A stretch of DNA of 64,000 nucleotides from a bacterium (GTDB lineage Bacteria; Synergistota; GBS-1). The stretch is taken from positions 31,899-95,898 of the forward strand of contig JASKLF010000007.1 in assembly GCA_030153785.1 (NCBI GenBank), given 5' to 3'. A program made the position numbers and the translations under genes. Under the pieces are notes generated by a model. It was not told the DNA's origin. It did no database searches and worked only from the letters and a program-made list of their open reading frames with translations. The number at the start of each line of letters is the position of its first letter. Positions within the stretch are counted from its first letter, which is position 1. Positions 48,514 to 57,701 of this stretch are shown one piece after another.

Positions 48514-50519
48514 TCCAAAAGCTCCCTCAGCTCCTCCTCGCTCTTTAATATATCCCTCGGTTTCCCCCCACCCTTGGAGGGCCCCACTATACCCATTTTT
48601 TCAAGGATGTCAAGCAATCGTGCAGCACGAGCGTAGCCCACACCAAGCTTGCGCTGTAAGAGCGTGGCAGAAGCGGTCTTCGTATTAACGATCACCTCTA
48701 TAGCCTTTCTATACAAAGGGTCTTGTGGAATATCATCAAAAAACTCCTCTTCCTCAGAAGCCTTGATAAGCTCATCCCAATATTCAGGCTCACCAAGCCT
48801 GCGAAGGTAATCGGTTACAACCCTAACTTCATCTTCGCTAACCCAGGCACATTGAGCCCTTATGGGATGGCCAAAGGTTGGTGAAAGGAAAAGCATGTCT
48901 CCCTTGCCCAAAAGCCTTTCAGCGCCGGAGAAGTCAAGGATGGTTCTTGAATCAGCCTGAGAAGGTAGAGAAAAGGCGATTCTCGCAGGAATATTAGCCT
49001 TTATCAGCCCCGTGACCACGTTAACGGAGGGTCTTTGAGTGGCCAATACTAAGTGAATGCCCGTGGCCCGCGCCATTTGGGCAAGCCTACAAATAGACTC
49101 CTCTACCTCCCTCGGAGATAGCATCATAAGATCGGCAAGCTCATCTATGACAACAACTACATAGGGAAGCTTCTCCTCATTTTTGAGCTTATTAAACCCC
49201 GTTATATCTCTCACGCCATAACGGGAAAAGCTTTTGTATCTCCTTTCCATCTCTTGAAGAAGTCCGTTCAAGACGTTCACAGCGTCCTTAACCTCCGTCA
49301 CTACAGGAACAGCTAAGTAAGGTATCTCATTATAGATGCTGAATTCAACTCTCTTCGGATCGATGAGAACCAACCTAAGGTCTTCAGGCTTGTTTCTAAA
49401 TATGAGGCTCATTATTATCACATTAAGACAAACGCTCTTGCCAGAGCCCGTTGAACCCGCAACAAGTAGGTGCGGTAAATCGGAGATGTTAATAACTAAC
49501 GGGGCACCTGCCACATCTCTGCCCAAAGCGATGGCTAAAGCCCCTTTTGCCCTTTTAAAGCTTTGAGAGCTAATTATCTCCTTAAGGTAAACTACCCTCC
49601 TAACCTTGTTTGGGACCTCCACTCCCACAAGCCCCTTCCCGGGAATAGGCGCCTCGATTCTAACGGTCTGTGCTTTAAGATTTAAAGCTATCTCTTTTGA
49701 TAAAGAAGCAATTCTGTTAACCTTTACCCCTCTCGCCGGTTGAACCTCAAAACGGTGAACTGTAGGGCCAATAACCACGTTCACCACTTTCGCATCTATG
49801 CCAAAGTTTGCAAAGGTCTCCTCAAGCTCCCTTTTTTCCTCCTCTACGGGTTCTCCGTCCTCCTCAAATGGTGGAGGCTCGTAAAGAAGATCCACAGGTG
49901 GGGGAATGGTTATCTCTTCCTTTTCAACAGCTTCCTGCGTCTGGGGAACTTTTTCCTTCGCCTTTCTCTTGGAAGCACCCGCGCTTATGGGCTCTTCATC
50001 GAAGCTAACCTCTTCCTTTTCAACCTTCCCAACTTCTCTCCTTTTCCCCTCCCTCCTTTTAGCGGGGCGCTTTTCTCCAGCCCTCTCCCTAAAGAGGGAA
50101 AACAATGCCCTCATGGGCTTACCAAAAAGCCAATAAAGAATTGACAGAAAGGCCACAGTTAAAACAATGGCACTGCCAGCGGTCCCTATGTAGTAGCTCA
50201 GCTTAGCGAAAAGAAACCTGCCAACAACTCCACCCTTTTGGGGGAAAAGCCTATCAGGAATGAGAAAATGAAACAAAAGGGAAGAAACGGGAAGAAGGAG
50301 GAATAAGGGAAGCATGGGAAGCTTTAATCCCAGAAGAGTCAGACCCTCAAATAATAAGAGCAAACAGAAAAGATAGGAGGATAAGCCGAAAAGCTTCAAA
50401 AGCTCTCCCTTGATGAAATTGCCCACCATGCCGGTCTTGAAATTAAGTAGACTTATGATGGAAAAAACGGACGCGAAAAGTAAAAATAAAGCTATGGCTA
50501 TTTTCCTTTTATCCCTCAC
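48510..50519 (-). CDS. ftsK: DNA translocase FtsK/SpoIIIE
   Basis: N-terminal TM helices, HLLVAGSTGSGKS, IDELADLM, ATQRPS, gamma domain LQRKLGVGYARAAR; start probably GTG 50519. Confidence 0.95.
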   Translation of the reverse strand: MRDKRKIAIALFLLFASVFSIISLLNFKTGMVGNFIKGELLKLFGLSSYLFCLLLLFEGLTLLGLKLPMLPLFLLLPVSSLLFHFLIPDRLFPQKGGVVGRFLFAKLSYYIGTAGSAIVLTVAFLSILYWLFGKPMRALFSLFRERAGEKRPAKRREGKRREVGKVEKEEVSFDEEPISAGASKRKAKEKVPQTQEAVEKEEITIPPPVDLLYEPPPFEEDGEPVEEEKRELEETFANFGIDAKVVNVVIGPTVHRFEVQPARGVKVNRIASLSKEIALNLKAQTVRIEAPIPGKGLVGVEVPNKVRRVVYLKEIISSQSFKRAKGALAIALGRDVAGAPLVINISDLPHLLVAGSTGSGKSVCLNVIIMSLIFRNKPEDLRLVLIDPKRVEFSIYNEIPYLAVPVVTEVKDAVNVLNGLLQEMERRYKSFSRYGVRDITGFNKLKNEEKLPYVVVVIDELADLMMLSPREVEESICRLAQMARATGIHLVLATQRPSVNVVTGLIKANIPARIAFSLPSQADSRTILDFSGAERLLGKGDMLFLSPTFGHPIRAQCAWVSEDEVRVVTDYLRRLGEPEYWDELIKASEEEEFFDDIPQDPLYRKAIEVIVNTKTASATLLQRKLGVGYARAARLLDILEKMGIVGPSKGGGKPRDILKSEEELRELLE

Positions 50520-51876
50520 CACCAATAACCAACCCTCCCACAAGCATGGTAGGTTGTCCATCTCCTACAGGGACGCTCTGCCCATCCTTACCGCATAAAC
50601 CCACATCGAAATTTAAGTCCCTTCCAAGCATCTTTATATTCCTCAGAACTTGAGGCCCATTACCTATGAGAAGCGCGCCTCTAACAGGCTTACCTATCTT
50701 GCCCTTCTCTATCAGGTATCCCTCGGTAACCTTGAACACGAAATTACCATCGGTAGGGTTAACCTCTCCTCCGCCCATCTTTAAGACTAAAAGCCCTCTT
50801 TCAACGGAGGATAAAATCTCGTCGAAGGAGTGTTCTCCAGGTTCGAGAAATGTATTGGTCATTCTCGGTATAGGAAAATCCTTAAAGCCTTCCCTTCTCC
50901 CATTTCCAGTTAAGGGCAACCCCATCAGCTTCGAAGAGAGTCTATCGGTCAGATACCCCTTAAGTACCCCCTTTTCTATCAAAACGGTTCTCTGTGCAGG
51001 AACTCCCTCATCATCGAAACTTATGCTACCTCCCAGACCAGGGATAGTTCCGTCATCAACAAGAGTGACCAAAGGAGAAGCTACTTCCTGTCCTATCTTC
51101 TCGGCATAAACGGAGCTTTCCTTTCTGACGATATCTGCCTCAAGACCATGACCACACGCCTCGTGTATCATCGTTCCCCCCGCTTCTCCAGCTATTACCA
51201 CATCCATCATGCCTGCTGGAGCTGGATCGGCGGAGAGAGTCAAAAGGGCTCTTTTTAAAACCTTTTCAGCAACTTCAAAAGGGTCACGCTCCTCTAATAC
51301 CTCATCCCCCTTCGTTCCACCTATAACCTCATAACCGGTTTCAAGCCTTCCATCCTTCTCTACCACAACCCCCATGGTAAGAAAGGTATAAATCCTTTTA
51401 TCGTTTACCAAGCCACCTTCATCATTTCCAACCCATACATCTTGATGGGACCTTCTGTAAGACAGGACAACCTGTCTTACAAGCTCATTCTTCCTGAAAA
51501 ATTCGTTTAGCTTCCAAAGGAGCTCAACCATGCCTTGAAGAGGCTCCCTCTTAAGACAGGAGCTCCCTCCGGTTAACAAACTCCTACTAACAAATCTTCC
51601 GGGCCTTTCTTCCCTTAACGCTTCTCGTAGAGCTTTAATGCCCTCCTCGAGAAACTTCACATCAGGAAGCCCGTGAAAGTAGTAATTTCCCTCCCCCTTA
51701 ACCACTCTCAAGCCCATACCCTTTTTCATGCCGAAAGCGGAATACTCCAGCTTATCATCCTCTATCTTTATCGATTCCCCACTTGATATCTCTATAAAAA
51801 CATCGCTTAAATCTCCAAGATTATAAAGGTTATCGATCGCCTTTAAGGCAAGCTCCTTATAATCCAAAAAACTCAC
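50509..51876 (-). CDS. tldD: TldD metalloprotease
   Basis: HEACGHGLEAD, DDEG, TGNGRR, PRMTNT, CGKDGQSVPV. Confidence 0.9.
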   Translation of the reverse strand: MSFLDYKELALKAIDNLYNLGDLSDVFIEISSGESIKIEDDKLEYSAFGMKKGMGLRVVKGEGNYYFHGLPDVKFLEEGIKALREALREERPGRFVSRSLLTGGSSCLKREPLQGMVELLWKLNEFFRKNELVRQVVLSYRRSHQDVWVGNDEGGLVNDKRIYTFLTMGVVVEKDGRLETGYEVIGGTKGDEVLEERDPFEVAEKVLKRALLTLSADPAPAGMMDVVIAGEAGGTMIHEACGHGLEADIVRKESSVYAEKIGQEVASPLVTLVDDGTIPGLGGSISFDDEGVPAQRTVLIEKGVLKGYLTDRLSSKLMGLPLTGNGRREGFKDFPIPRMTNTFLEPGEHSFDEILSSVERGLLVLKMGGGEVNPTDGNFVFKVTEGYLIEKGKIGKPVRGALLIGNGPQVLRNIKMLGRDLNFDVGLCGKDGQSVPVGDGQPTMLVGGLVIGGEG

Positions 51877-52919
51877 CCCCTGATACTTCTTCTCAGATTG
51901 AAACTAACCTTAGAAGGAAGTAACAAGCTAATCTTCCCTTCTCCCTTAAAAAGGGAAACCCATCCCAACCCTGATATCGCTAAATCTAACCCCTCCGAAA
52001 CTTCTAAAACCTCTTCACTCCAACCTATTTCCTCTATCCTATCAAAACATCCCTTACAGGGAGGCTTAAGCCATTCACCAGCGCCTTCCTTGATCACCTC
52101 TTTTAGTCTCTTTTGATTTGTCCTATGTAAAGGAACTTCATAAGAAACAAAGGGTTTTAAAAGTAACCCCCCTGTCAAAACGGTTAAGGCCGAAAGCCCT
52201 CCCAATGAGAGGCTCTTTCCGCTCTTCAGAAAGAAAATCTTGCCGGAAAGCTTCTTAGATGGAATAACCTTCTTCTGGCAATCGGGGCAGAGAAGGTCAT
52301 AAAGCCTGCCCGAAGGAACGAGTCCCGGTGTATCAATAAAAATAGTGCCTTCCTCGTTTTTTCTCTCCACCACATCTATGGTAGTCCCCGGCCACGGAGA
52401 AACGGTTATGCTCTCATCACCTAAAAGCCTACCAACCAAACTGCTTTTACCCACATTCGTAACTCCCATGAATGCAACCTTTTTCCCCCTATAGACAAAG
52501 TTAAGCTCCTCCCAAAAACCTTTTAAACCCCACCCCTTCTTACTCGAGGTCAAGAAGACCTTCCCACTCCAACCTTTTTCCTCTCTCAGCCATTTTACTA
52601 TCTCTTCCTTAGAGAAGGGGAGAAGATCGGTCTTATTAACCACGACCCATATATTTTTGGCCTCCCTAAATCTATCTAAAACCCAGCTTCCCTCAATATC
52701 AACTCCATCAACTATCAAGCAAATCAGATCAACATTTTTTGCTATCTCATCGAAGGGGAAATCCTCAACGGGAACGCTTCTAAATTCTCCATAGTACTTT
52801 ATCTTAAAACATCTTTGACATAAGCCCCGCGGGTCGTCAAGCTTTTCAGGCGGTATATATCCCGGTCTTTTAGGGTCATCGCTCTGAAGAGGAACCCCAC
52901 AACCCCTGCACCTTTTCAT
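51873..52919 (-). CDS. yqeH: Circularly permuted ribosome-biogenesis GTPase YqeH
   Basis: CRGCG..Q, CQRC zinc finger, NKTD, GVTNVGKS, PGTT, DTPG. Confidence 0.88.
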   Translation of the reverse strand: MKRCRGCGVPLQSDDPKRPGYIPPEKLDDPRGLCQRCFKIKYYGEFRSVPVEDFPFDEIAKNVDLICLIVDGVDIEGSWVLDRFREAKNIWVVVNKTDLLPFSKEEIVKWLREEKGWSGKVFLTSSKKGWGLKGFWEELNFVYRGKKVAFMGVTNVGKSSLVGRLLGDESITVSPWPGTTIDVVERKNEEGTIFIDTPGLVPSGRLYDLLCPDCQKKVIPSKKLSGKIFFLKSGKSLSLGGLSALTVLTGGLLLKPFVSYEVPLHRTNQKRLKEVIKEGAGEWLKPPCKGCFDRIEEIGWSEEVLEVSEGLDLAISGLGWVSLFKGEGKISLLLPSKVSFNLRRSIRG

Positions 52920-53208
52920 ACTCCATCTCCTCTATTTTTAAGCCTTCATCCCTCAATCCCTCTATGACCTTAAGACATATAGGGAGACACGAAGGAGTAG
53001 TAATAAGCACGATTACGCCTTCTTTAGGATCCATAGTCCTTATTTCCCCTATCTCATCATAGCATTGAAATATGGAACACAGATAATATATCTCTCTATA
53101 GTCGAGCTTAAAAAACTTTCTAATAAGAGTCTTATCTGCCTCTCTTGAGATATCTATTTTTGGCCTCGACATGCTCATCATAGGTTCTCGAAAAGTGATG
53201 CCCTCCAT
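52876..53208 (-). CDS. Small hypothetical protein (DUF4911-like); true start probably near 53172 or later
   Basis: I.Y...I...YD.....RT.D...G pattern; fills the gap between mltG and yqeH. Confidence 0.55.
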   Translation of the reverse strand: MEGITFREPMMSMSRPKIDISREADKTLIRKFFKLDYREIYYLCSIFQCYDEIGEIRTMDPKEGVIVLITTPSCLPICLKVIEGLRDEGLKIEEMEYEKVQGLWGSSSER

Positions 53209-54139
53209 CTCCCTTACTAACGAAATAGAGATAATCGACCTTTGCGGGGAAAAAAACCCCTAAAATGGCTTTCAATCCGGGGTTGCATATGGGCCCCGGT
53301 GGCAGTCCGCTATAAAGATAAGTATTGTAAGGAGAGTCTATTTTTAAGTCATCGAAGGTTAACCGTTCCTTTCTCTTAGGTAGGATATACTCCACGGTAG
53401 CGCAGGATTCAAGCTTCATCCCCTTTTTTAGTCTATTGTAAAACACAGCAGCTATTATTGGATATTCCTCATCCTTTAAGCCTTCCTTCTCAACTATGGA
53501 GGCGAGTATTATAGCCTCGTGAAACCTCAATCCAAGCTTTGGAAGCTCCTTGAGCATCTCCGGCTTTATAGCCCTCTCAAATCTTTTAAGCATTGCACTG
53601 ATGACATTCCTGGGGGAAGCATGCTTAGGAAAGTAATAGGTATCAGGAAACAGGTAACCCTCAAGGCTTGAAGAGGGAATCTCATCTAAAAATTTAAACC
53701 CCTTAAATACTTCCTTCCCGTTAAAAACCAGATTCAAAAACTCCTCCTCTGAAGTAATAACTTCTTTATCCAAAAGAATCTCGGCTATCTCTCTTGCCGT
53801 CAGCCCCTCAGGTATGGTCACCTTCTCAAGGCGAGGTCTCTCCTTGAGGGCCTCTATAACCTCATAGATGCTCATACCCTCGCTTAAAAAGTAACCACCC
53901 GCTCTAAGAAAAAGCCCATGCCTCCTCGCTTCTTCAAGAAAAATCTCGGAGCTTTTTATAACCCTCAGTTTCTCAAGCCTTTTTCCGACGCCCGAAAGGT
54001 TTTCATTGGGATATATGTAAAAGCTCACCTTCCCACCTTTTGAAAGCTTAGGCAAATCTTCAAGCTTAAGAGGGTAAATCAACGGATAGGCGAAGAAGAA
54101 AACGGAAAAAACGAAAATCAAAAAACCCATTAACCTCAT
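53132..54139 (-). CDS. mltG: Endolytic transglycosylase MltG (YceG)
   Basis: TIPEG, EGYLFPDTY, ASIVEKE, SPYNTY, GLPPGPICNPG, YLYFV. Confidence 0.93.
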   Translation of the reverse strand: MRLMGFLIFVFSVFFFAYPLIYPLKLEDLPKLSKGGKVSFYIYPNENLSGVGKRLEKLRVIKSSEIFLEEARRHGLFLRAGGYFLSEGMSIYEVIEALKERPRLEKVTIPEGLTAREIAEILLDKEVITSEEEFLNLVFNGKEVFKGFKFLDEIPSSSLEGYLFPDTYYFPKHASPRNVISAMLKRFERAIKPEMLKELPKLGLRFHEAIILASIVEKEGLKDEEYPIIAAVFYNRLKKGMKLESCATVEYILPKRKERLTFDDLKIDSPYNTYLYSGLPPGPICNPGLKAILGVFFPAKVDYLYFVSKGDGGHHFSRTYDEHVEAKNRYLKRGR

Positions 54140-54147
54140 TTACCGAC

Positions 54148-54744
54148 TCACCCCATAAGCCTTATGATAGCGAGCTGAATAAAACCAATCAGCAAACCCA
54201 AAACTCCCCCCGCTATCTCAACAAAGCGAAGCTCCCTGGAGGCTACACGCATAACGATTCCCTCAAACTCCTTAAAATCAAAAGCATTAACCTTCCCCTC
54301 TACAATATCCTTCAAAGTGAGCCGTTCTAAAACCTCTTCTCTAATTTTATCTCTTATCTCAGGAATAGCTTCCCTCAGCTTCCTTTCGAGCCACCCATTT
54401 AAAAAATAAGATATGGGAAATAAAAAGGTCTCTGGAAACCATGAAGGATAGGCCTCCTTAACCCTTTTCTCTATGAGAGATAAAATCCTCCTCACCAGAG
54501 CATCCTCTATTTCCGGACTCTCAAGCTTCGCCCAGACATCATTCTTCGAAAGGAGCTCCTCTTCTACCACCTCAGCAATAGCTTTTGCTATTGCCCTTTT
54601 CCTTCTCGGCAAAACCCCCTGAATTTCGATACCAAGAATAGGTATCCTTACAGGCTCATGAGGCCTAAAAAGCAATTTTATAGCAATAACATTGGTTATC
54701 CACCCAACAAAAGCAGCCACAGCCGGCAAAATTATATATTCCAT
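54148..54744 (-). CDS. DUF445 family membrane protein
   Basis: GWITNVIAIKLLFRP, QGVLPRR, ELRFVE..GGVLG..IG..Q. Confidence 0.85.
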   Translation of the reverse strand: MEYIILPAVAAFVGWITNVIAIKLLFRPHEPVRIPILGIEIQGVLPRRKRAIAKAIAEVVEEELLSKNDVWAKLESPEIEDALVRRILSLIEKRVKEAYPSWFPETFLFPISYFLNGWLERKLREAIPEIRDKIREEVLERLTLKDIVEGKVNAFDFKEFEGIVMRVASRELRFVEIAGGVLGLLIGFIQLAIIRLMG

Positions 54745-54794
54745 GAAGCCGTTTCAAGGGCGGGTTATCCCCGCCCTCAACCTTTTTAAAAAGG

Positions 54795-55045
<251 letters not shown>

Positions 55046-55125
55046 GTTGCTCGGAAGCAAGAAAACTAAGCGAAAAAAACATGTTTAAAATATAATAATC
55101 TTTTGCTATAATAAACTTCAAAGGA

Positions 55126-55467
55126 GTGATAGATTTGGATATAGGCAAAAAAATTAAAAACCTGAGAAAGAAGAAAGGGTTAACGTTGCAGGAGCTTTCT
55201 CAAAGGAGCGGTGTCTCCCCAGGCTACATTTCAATGCTTGAAAGGGGCTTTAAAAAATCACCCACACTGGATGTATTAAAAAAGCTCGCAAAGGGACTCG
55301 AAGTTAACCTATCGGAGCTAATAGGAGAAGAGCTGGTCAACCTCGAAAAAGACGAAAGGACGAAGCTTCTTCTTAGGGCTGCAAACGAGTTATCGAAGTT
55401 AGATTTGGAAAGCTTGGAACAGTTACTTAGGGCGATAAGAGAGCTTAAAAAGAAAGAAGACGAATGA
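55126..55467 (+). CDS. XRE-family HTH repressor (ImmR-like)
   Basis: IKNLRKKKGLTLQELSQRSGVSPGYISMLERG..SPT..LKKLA. Confidence 0.9.
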   Translation: MIDLDIGKKIKNLRKKKGLTLQELSQRSGVSPGYISMLERGFKKSPTLDVLKKLAKGLEVNLSELIGEELVNLEKDERTKLLLRAANELSKLDLESLEQLLRAIRELKKKEDE

Positions 55468-56063
55468 GCTTACCCGTGGACTTGGAAAAGATAGCCTTAA
55501 GCTTGGGTATAACCTTAATCCCTTACCCCTTGCCATCATCTATTTGTGGCTTCGCCTACTTAGGGAAAAGCAAGTTCATCATTTATAACTCCAACCATCC
55601 CCTAACGAGACAAAGGTTCACAATTGCCCACGAAATCTATCATATAGAAAAACACCTCATGCGCGAAAGGATGATCAAGAAACATAGAAAAGTTCTTGAG
55701 GAAGAAGCAAACAGGGGAGCAGCGAAAATCTTACTACCCTACAGCGACTTATTAGCACACATAAAAGAGGCTCATTGGAGATACGACCTCACTTCGCTTG
55801 CTAAAAAGGCAATCGTATCTCCCATAACCCTCGTAAAGAGATTAGATGAAACAAAACTTCTTAAGGTATCACTGTATAAAATTAGCCTCAAGGGAAGCTC
55901 GCCATGCATATCCAAGCTATACGGCGACTCCGTCCCTTTACCTAACCCAGCCCTTTTAAGAGAGGGAGCCAATGGGAAGGAATTCTTCTTCAGAAGTAAC
56001 GGCCATTTATTCCGATTCTCCAGATACGGAGAAAACACCCTCCTTTACGCCTATGTGATATAA
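55464..56063 (+). CDS. ImmA/IrrE family metallo-endopeptidase
   Basis: RQRFTIAHEIYH (HExxH) and EEEANRGAAKILLP. Confidence 0.88.
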   Translation: MSLPVDLEKIALSLGITLIPYPLPSSICGFAYLGKSKFIIYNSNHPLTRQRFTIAHEIYHIEKHLMRERMIKKHRKVLEEEANRGAAKILLPYSDLLAHIKEAHWRYDLTSLAKKAIVSPITLVKRLDETKLLKVSLYKISLKGSSPCISKLYGDSVPLPNPALLREGANGKEFFFRSNGHLFRFSRYGENTLLYAYVI

Positions 56064-56101
56064 TATGTCCTAAGTTTACCGCTTGGAGGCAAGATTAAAC
56101 C

Positions 56102-56944
56102 TTGAATCGAAACTCTGAAGACAAATACAGGCTTTTGTTTGAAAAAGCCAGTGACGCCATAATAATACTGGAAGAGGGTAGGGTTAGCGAGCTTAACGAA
56201 AGCGCGAAGAAGCTTTTTGCATGCTCCCAAGAAGAGGTAATAGGTAAACCTATTACCTCTCTTATCCCCGTATCCCGCGAAGATTTAGAAGAGATTCTCA
56301 GGGGAGAGGCGAAAAGACTTGAAATAGAATGCAGGAGAGCAAACGGAACACCCCTCGAGGTTGAAATAAGCCTGAGTAAAGCCAAGATAGGTGGGAAAGA
56401 CCTGCTTTTCGCATTCATCCGCGACATAACGGAAAGAAAAAGGGAGATAAAGAAGCTACTTTTTATATCCATAGTGGACCCCTTAACGGGCGCCTACAAC
56501 AGGAGATACTTTAGAAAGAGATTAGAAGAGGAAATAGAAAGGGCAAAGCGCACCGAAGGAACCTTCTCTCTCATCATGTTTGACTTAGATAACTTTAAGG
56601 AGATAAACGATAAATACGGGCATGAGGTTGGAGATATAACCATTAGAAAGGTCTCAAGGGTGGTCAGAGAGAGAATAAGAAAGACGGATATTTTTGCAAG
56701 ATGGGGTGGAGAGGAGTTTTTCATACTTCTACCCAACACAGACCTTGATGGAGCGGTGAAGCTGGCTGAGGAGTTGCGAGACAGGATAAATCAAATAGAG
56801 ATACCGGGCGGAGAAAGGGTAACCGCAAGCTTCGGCGTAACGAGCTACCGTCCCGGAGACACTGCAAAAGACTTAAGGACAAGAGCGGATAGCCTCCTTT
56901 ACAAATCAAAGGCCTCTGGCAAAAACCGCATAAGCTTCAAATAA
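56102..56944 (+). CDS. PAS-GGDEF diguanylate cyclase
   Basis: PAS ending in RDITERK; DPLTG, RKTD I-site, RWGGEEF A-site. Confidence 0.92.
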   Translation: MNRNSEDKYRLLFEKASDAIIILEEGRVSELNESAKKLFACSQEEVIGKPITSLIPVSREDLEEILRGEAKRLEIECRRANGTPLEVEISLSKAKIGGKDLLFAFIRDITERKREIKKLLFISIVDPLTGAYNRRYFRKRLEEEIERAKRTEGTFSLIMFDLDNFKEINDKYGHEVGDITIRKVSRVVRERIRKTDIFARWGGEEFFILLPNTDLDGAVKLAEELRDRINQIEIPGGERVTASFGVTSYRPGDTAKDLRTRADSLLYKSKASGKNRISFK

Positions 56945-57004
56945 CCCCCCCCTATTAAAGTCACAATCTACTAAATCGTATTGATAATTCTGCTTACAGC
57001 TTTA

Positions 57005-57033
57005 TTGACATTATTTTCGCATTATGTTAATCT
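57005..57033 (+). promoter_or_regulatory. Putative promoter of the coo operon
   Basis: TTGACA-N17-TAATCT with TG extension. Confidence 0.55.
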
Positions 57034-57066
57034 GAAATTGACAATTTCCCCAAGGGGGGTGAAAGG

Positions 57067-57684
57067 ATGGCAACCCCATCTTATGAGAGTGATAGGTTAA
57101 TGGTCTACATAAATCCAGCGAAATGCACCGGCTGTAAATCCTGCGAAGTGGCATGTGCCGTTGAAAAATCGGGAAGCAAAAACCTCTTTGAAGCCATCTT
57201 TGAAAGGCCGATACCGAAAGCAAGAACAAAGGTCATATTGGTAGATTTCTTCAACTTCCCCGCACGATGTCAACACTGTGAAGAAGCCCCCTGTTTGAAT
57301 GTCTGTCCCACATCCGCCATAGAAAAGAGCCCGGAAGGCTACATATTGCTTGACGAAAAAAGATGCATAGGCTGTTTAATGTGTGTTATAGCCTGCCCGT
57401 TCGGACACCCCCGATATGAAAGAGAATATAAGTCTATCCTAAAGTGCGACCTATGCATCGAAAGGGTCAGAGAGGGAAAGCTACCTGCATGCGTTGAGGC
57501 CTGTCCGACGGAAGCCCTTCTTTTCGGAACGGTAGAGGAGATAACTGAGCGTATCAAAAGGGAAAGCTCCGAAAGGCTACTTCAAGGTTTGAAAATGCCA
57601 GAAGTGGTGATGATCAAGGAAAGCACCGAGGGAACGAAGCCTTCGAACATCTACTTGGCCTATTCAAAAGTTAAATGGTATTAG
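57067..57684 (+). CDS. cooF: CooF four-cluster ferredoxin-like electron-transfer protein
   Basis: CTGCKSCEVAC, CQHCEEAPCLNVCP, CIGCLMCVIACP, KCDLC..PACVEACP. Confidence 0.88.
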   Translation: MATPSYESDRLMVYINPAKCTGCKSCEVACAVEKSGSKNLFEAIFERPIPKARTKVILVDFFNFPARCQHCEEAPCLNVCPTSAIEKSPEGYILLDEKRCIGCLMCVIACPFGHPRYEREYKSILKCDLCIERVREGKLPACVEACPTEALLFGTVEEITERIKRESSERLLQGLKMPEVVMIKESTEGTKPSNIYLAYSKVKWY

Positions 57685-57701
57685 AAAAGAGGTGAGGAAA
57701 A

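Noticed and set aside
56945..57066. CooA or Rex binding site upstream of cooF
   Set aside because: TTGACA half-sites occur, but no TGTCA-N6-TGACA or TTGTGAA-N4-TTCACAA palindrome; no cooA/rcoM in the window.
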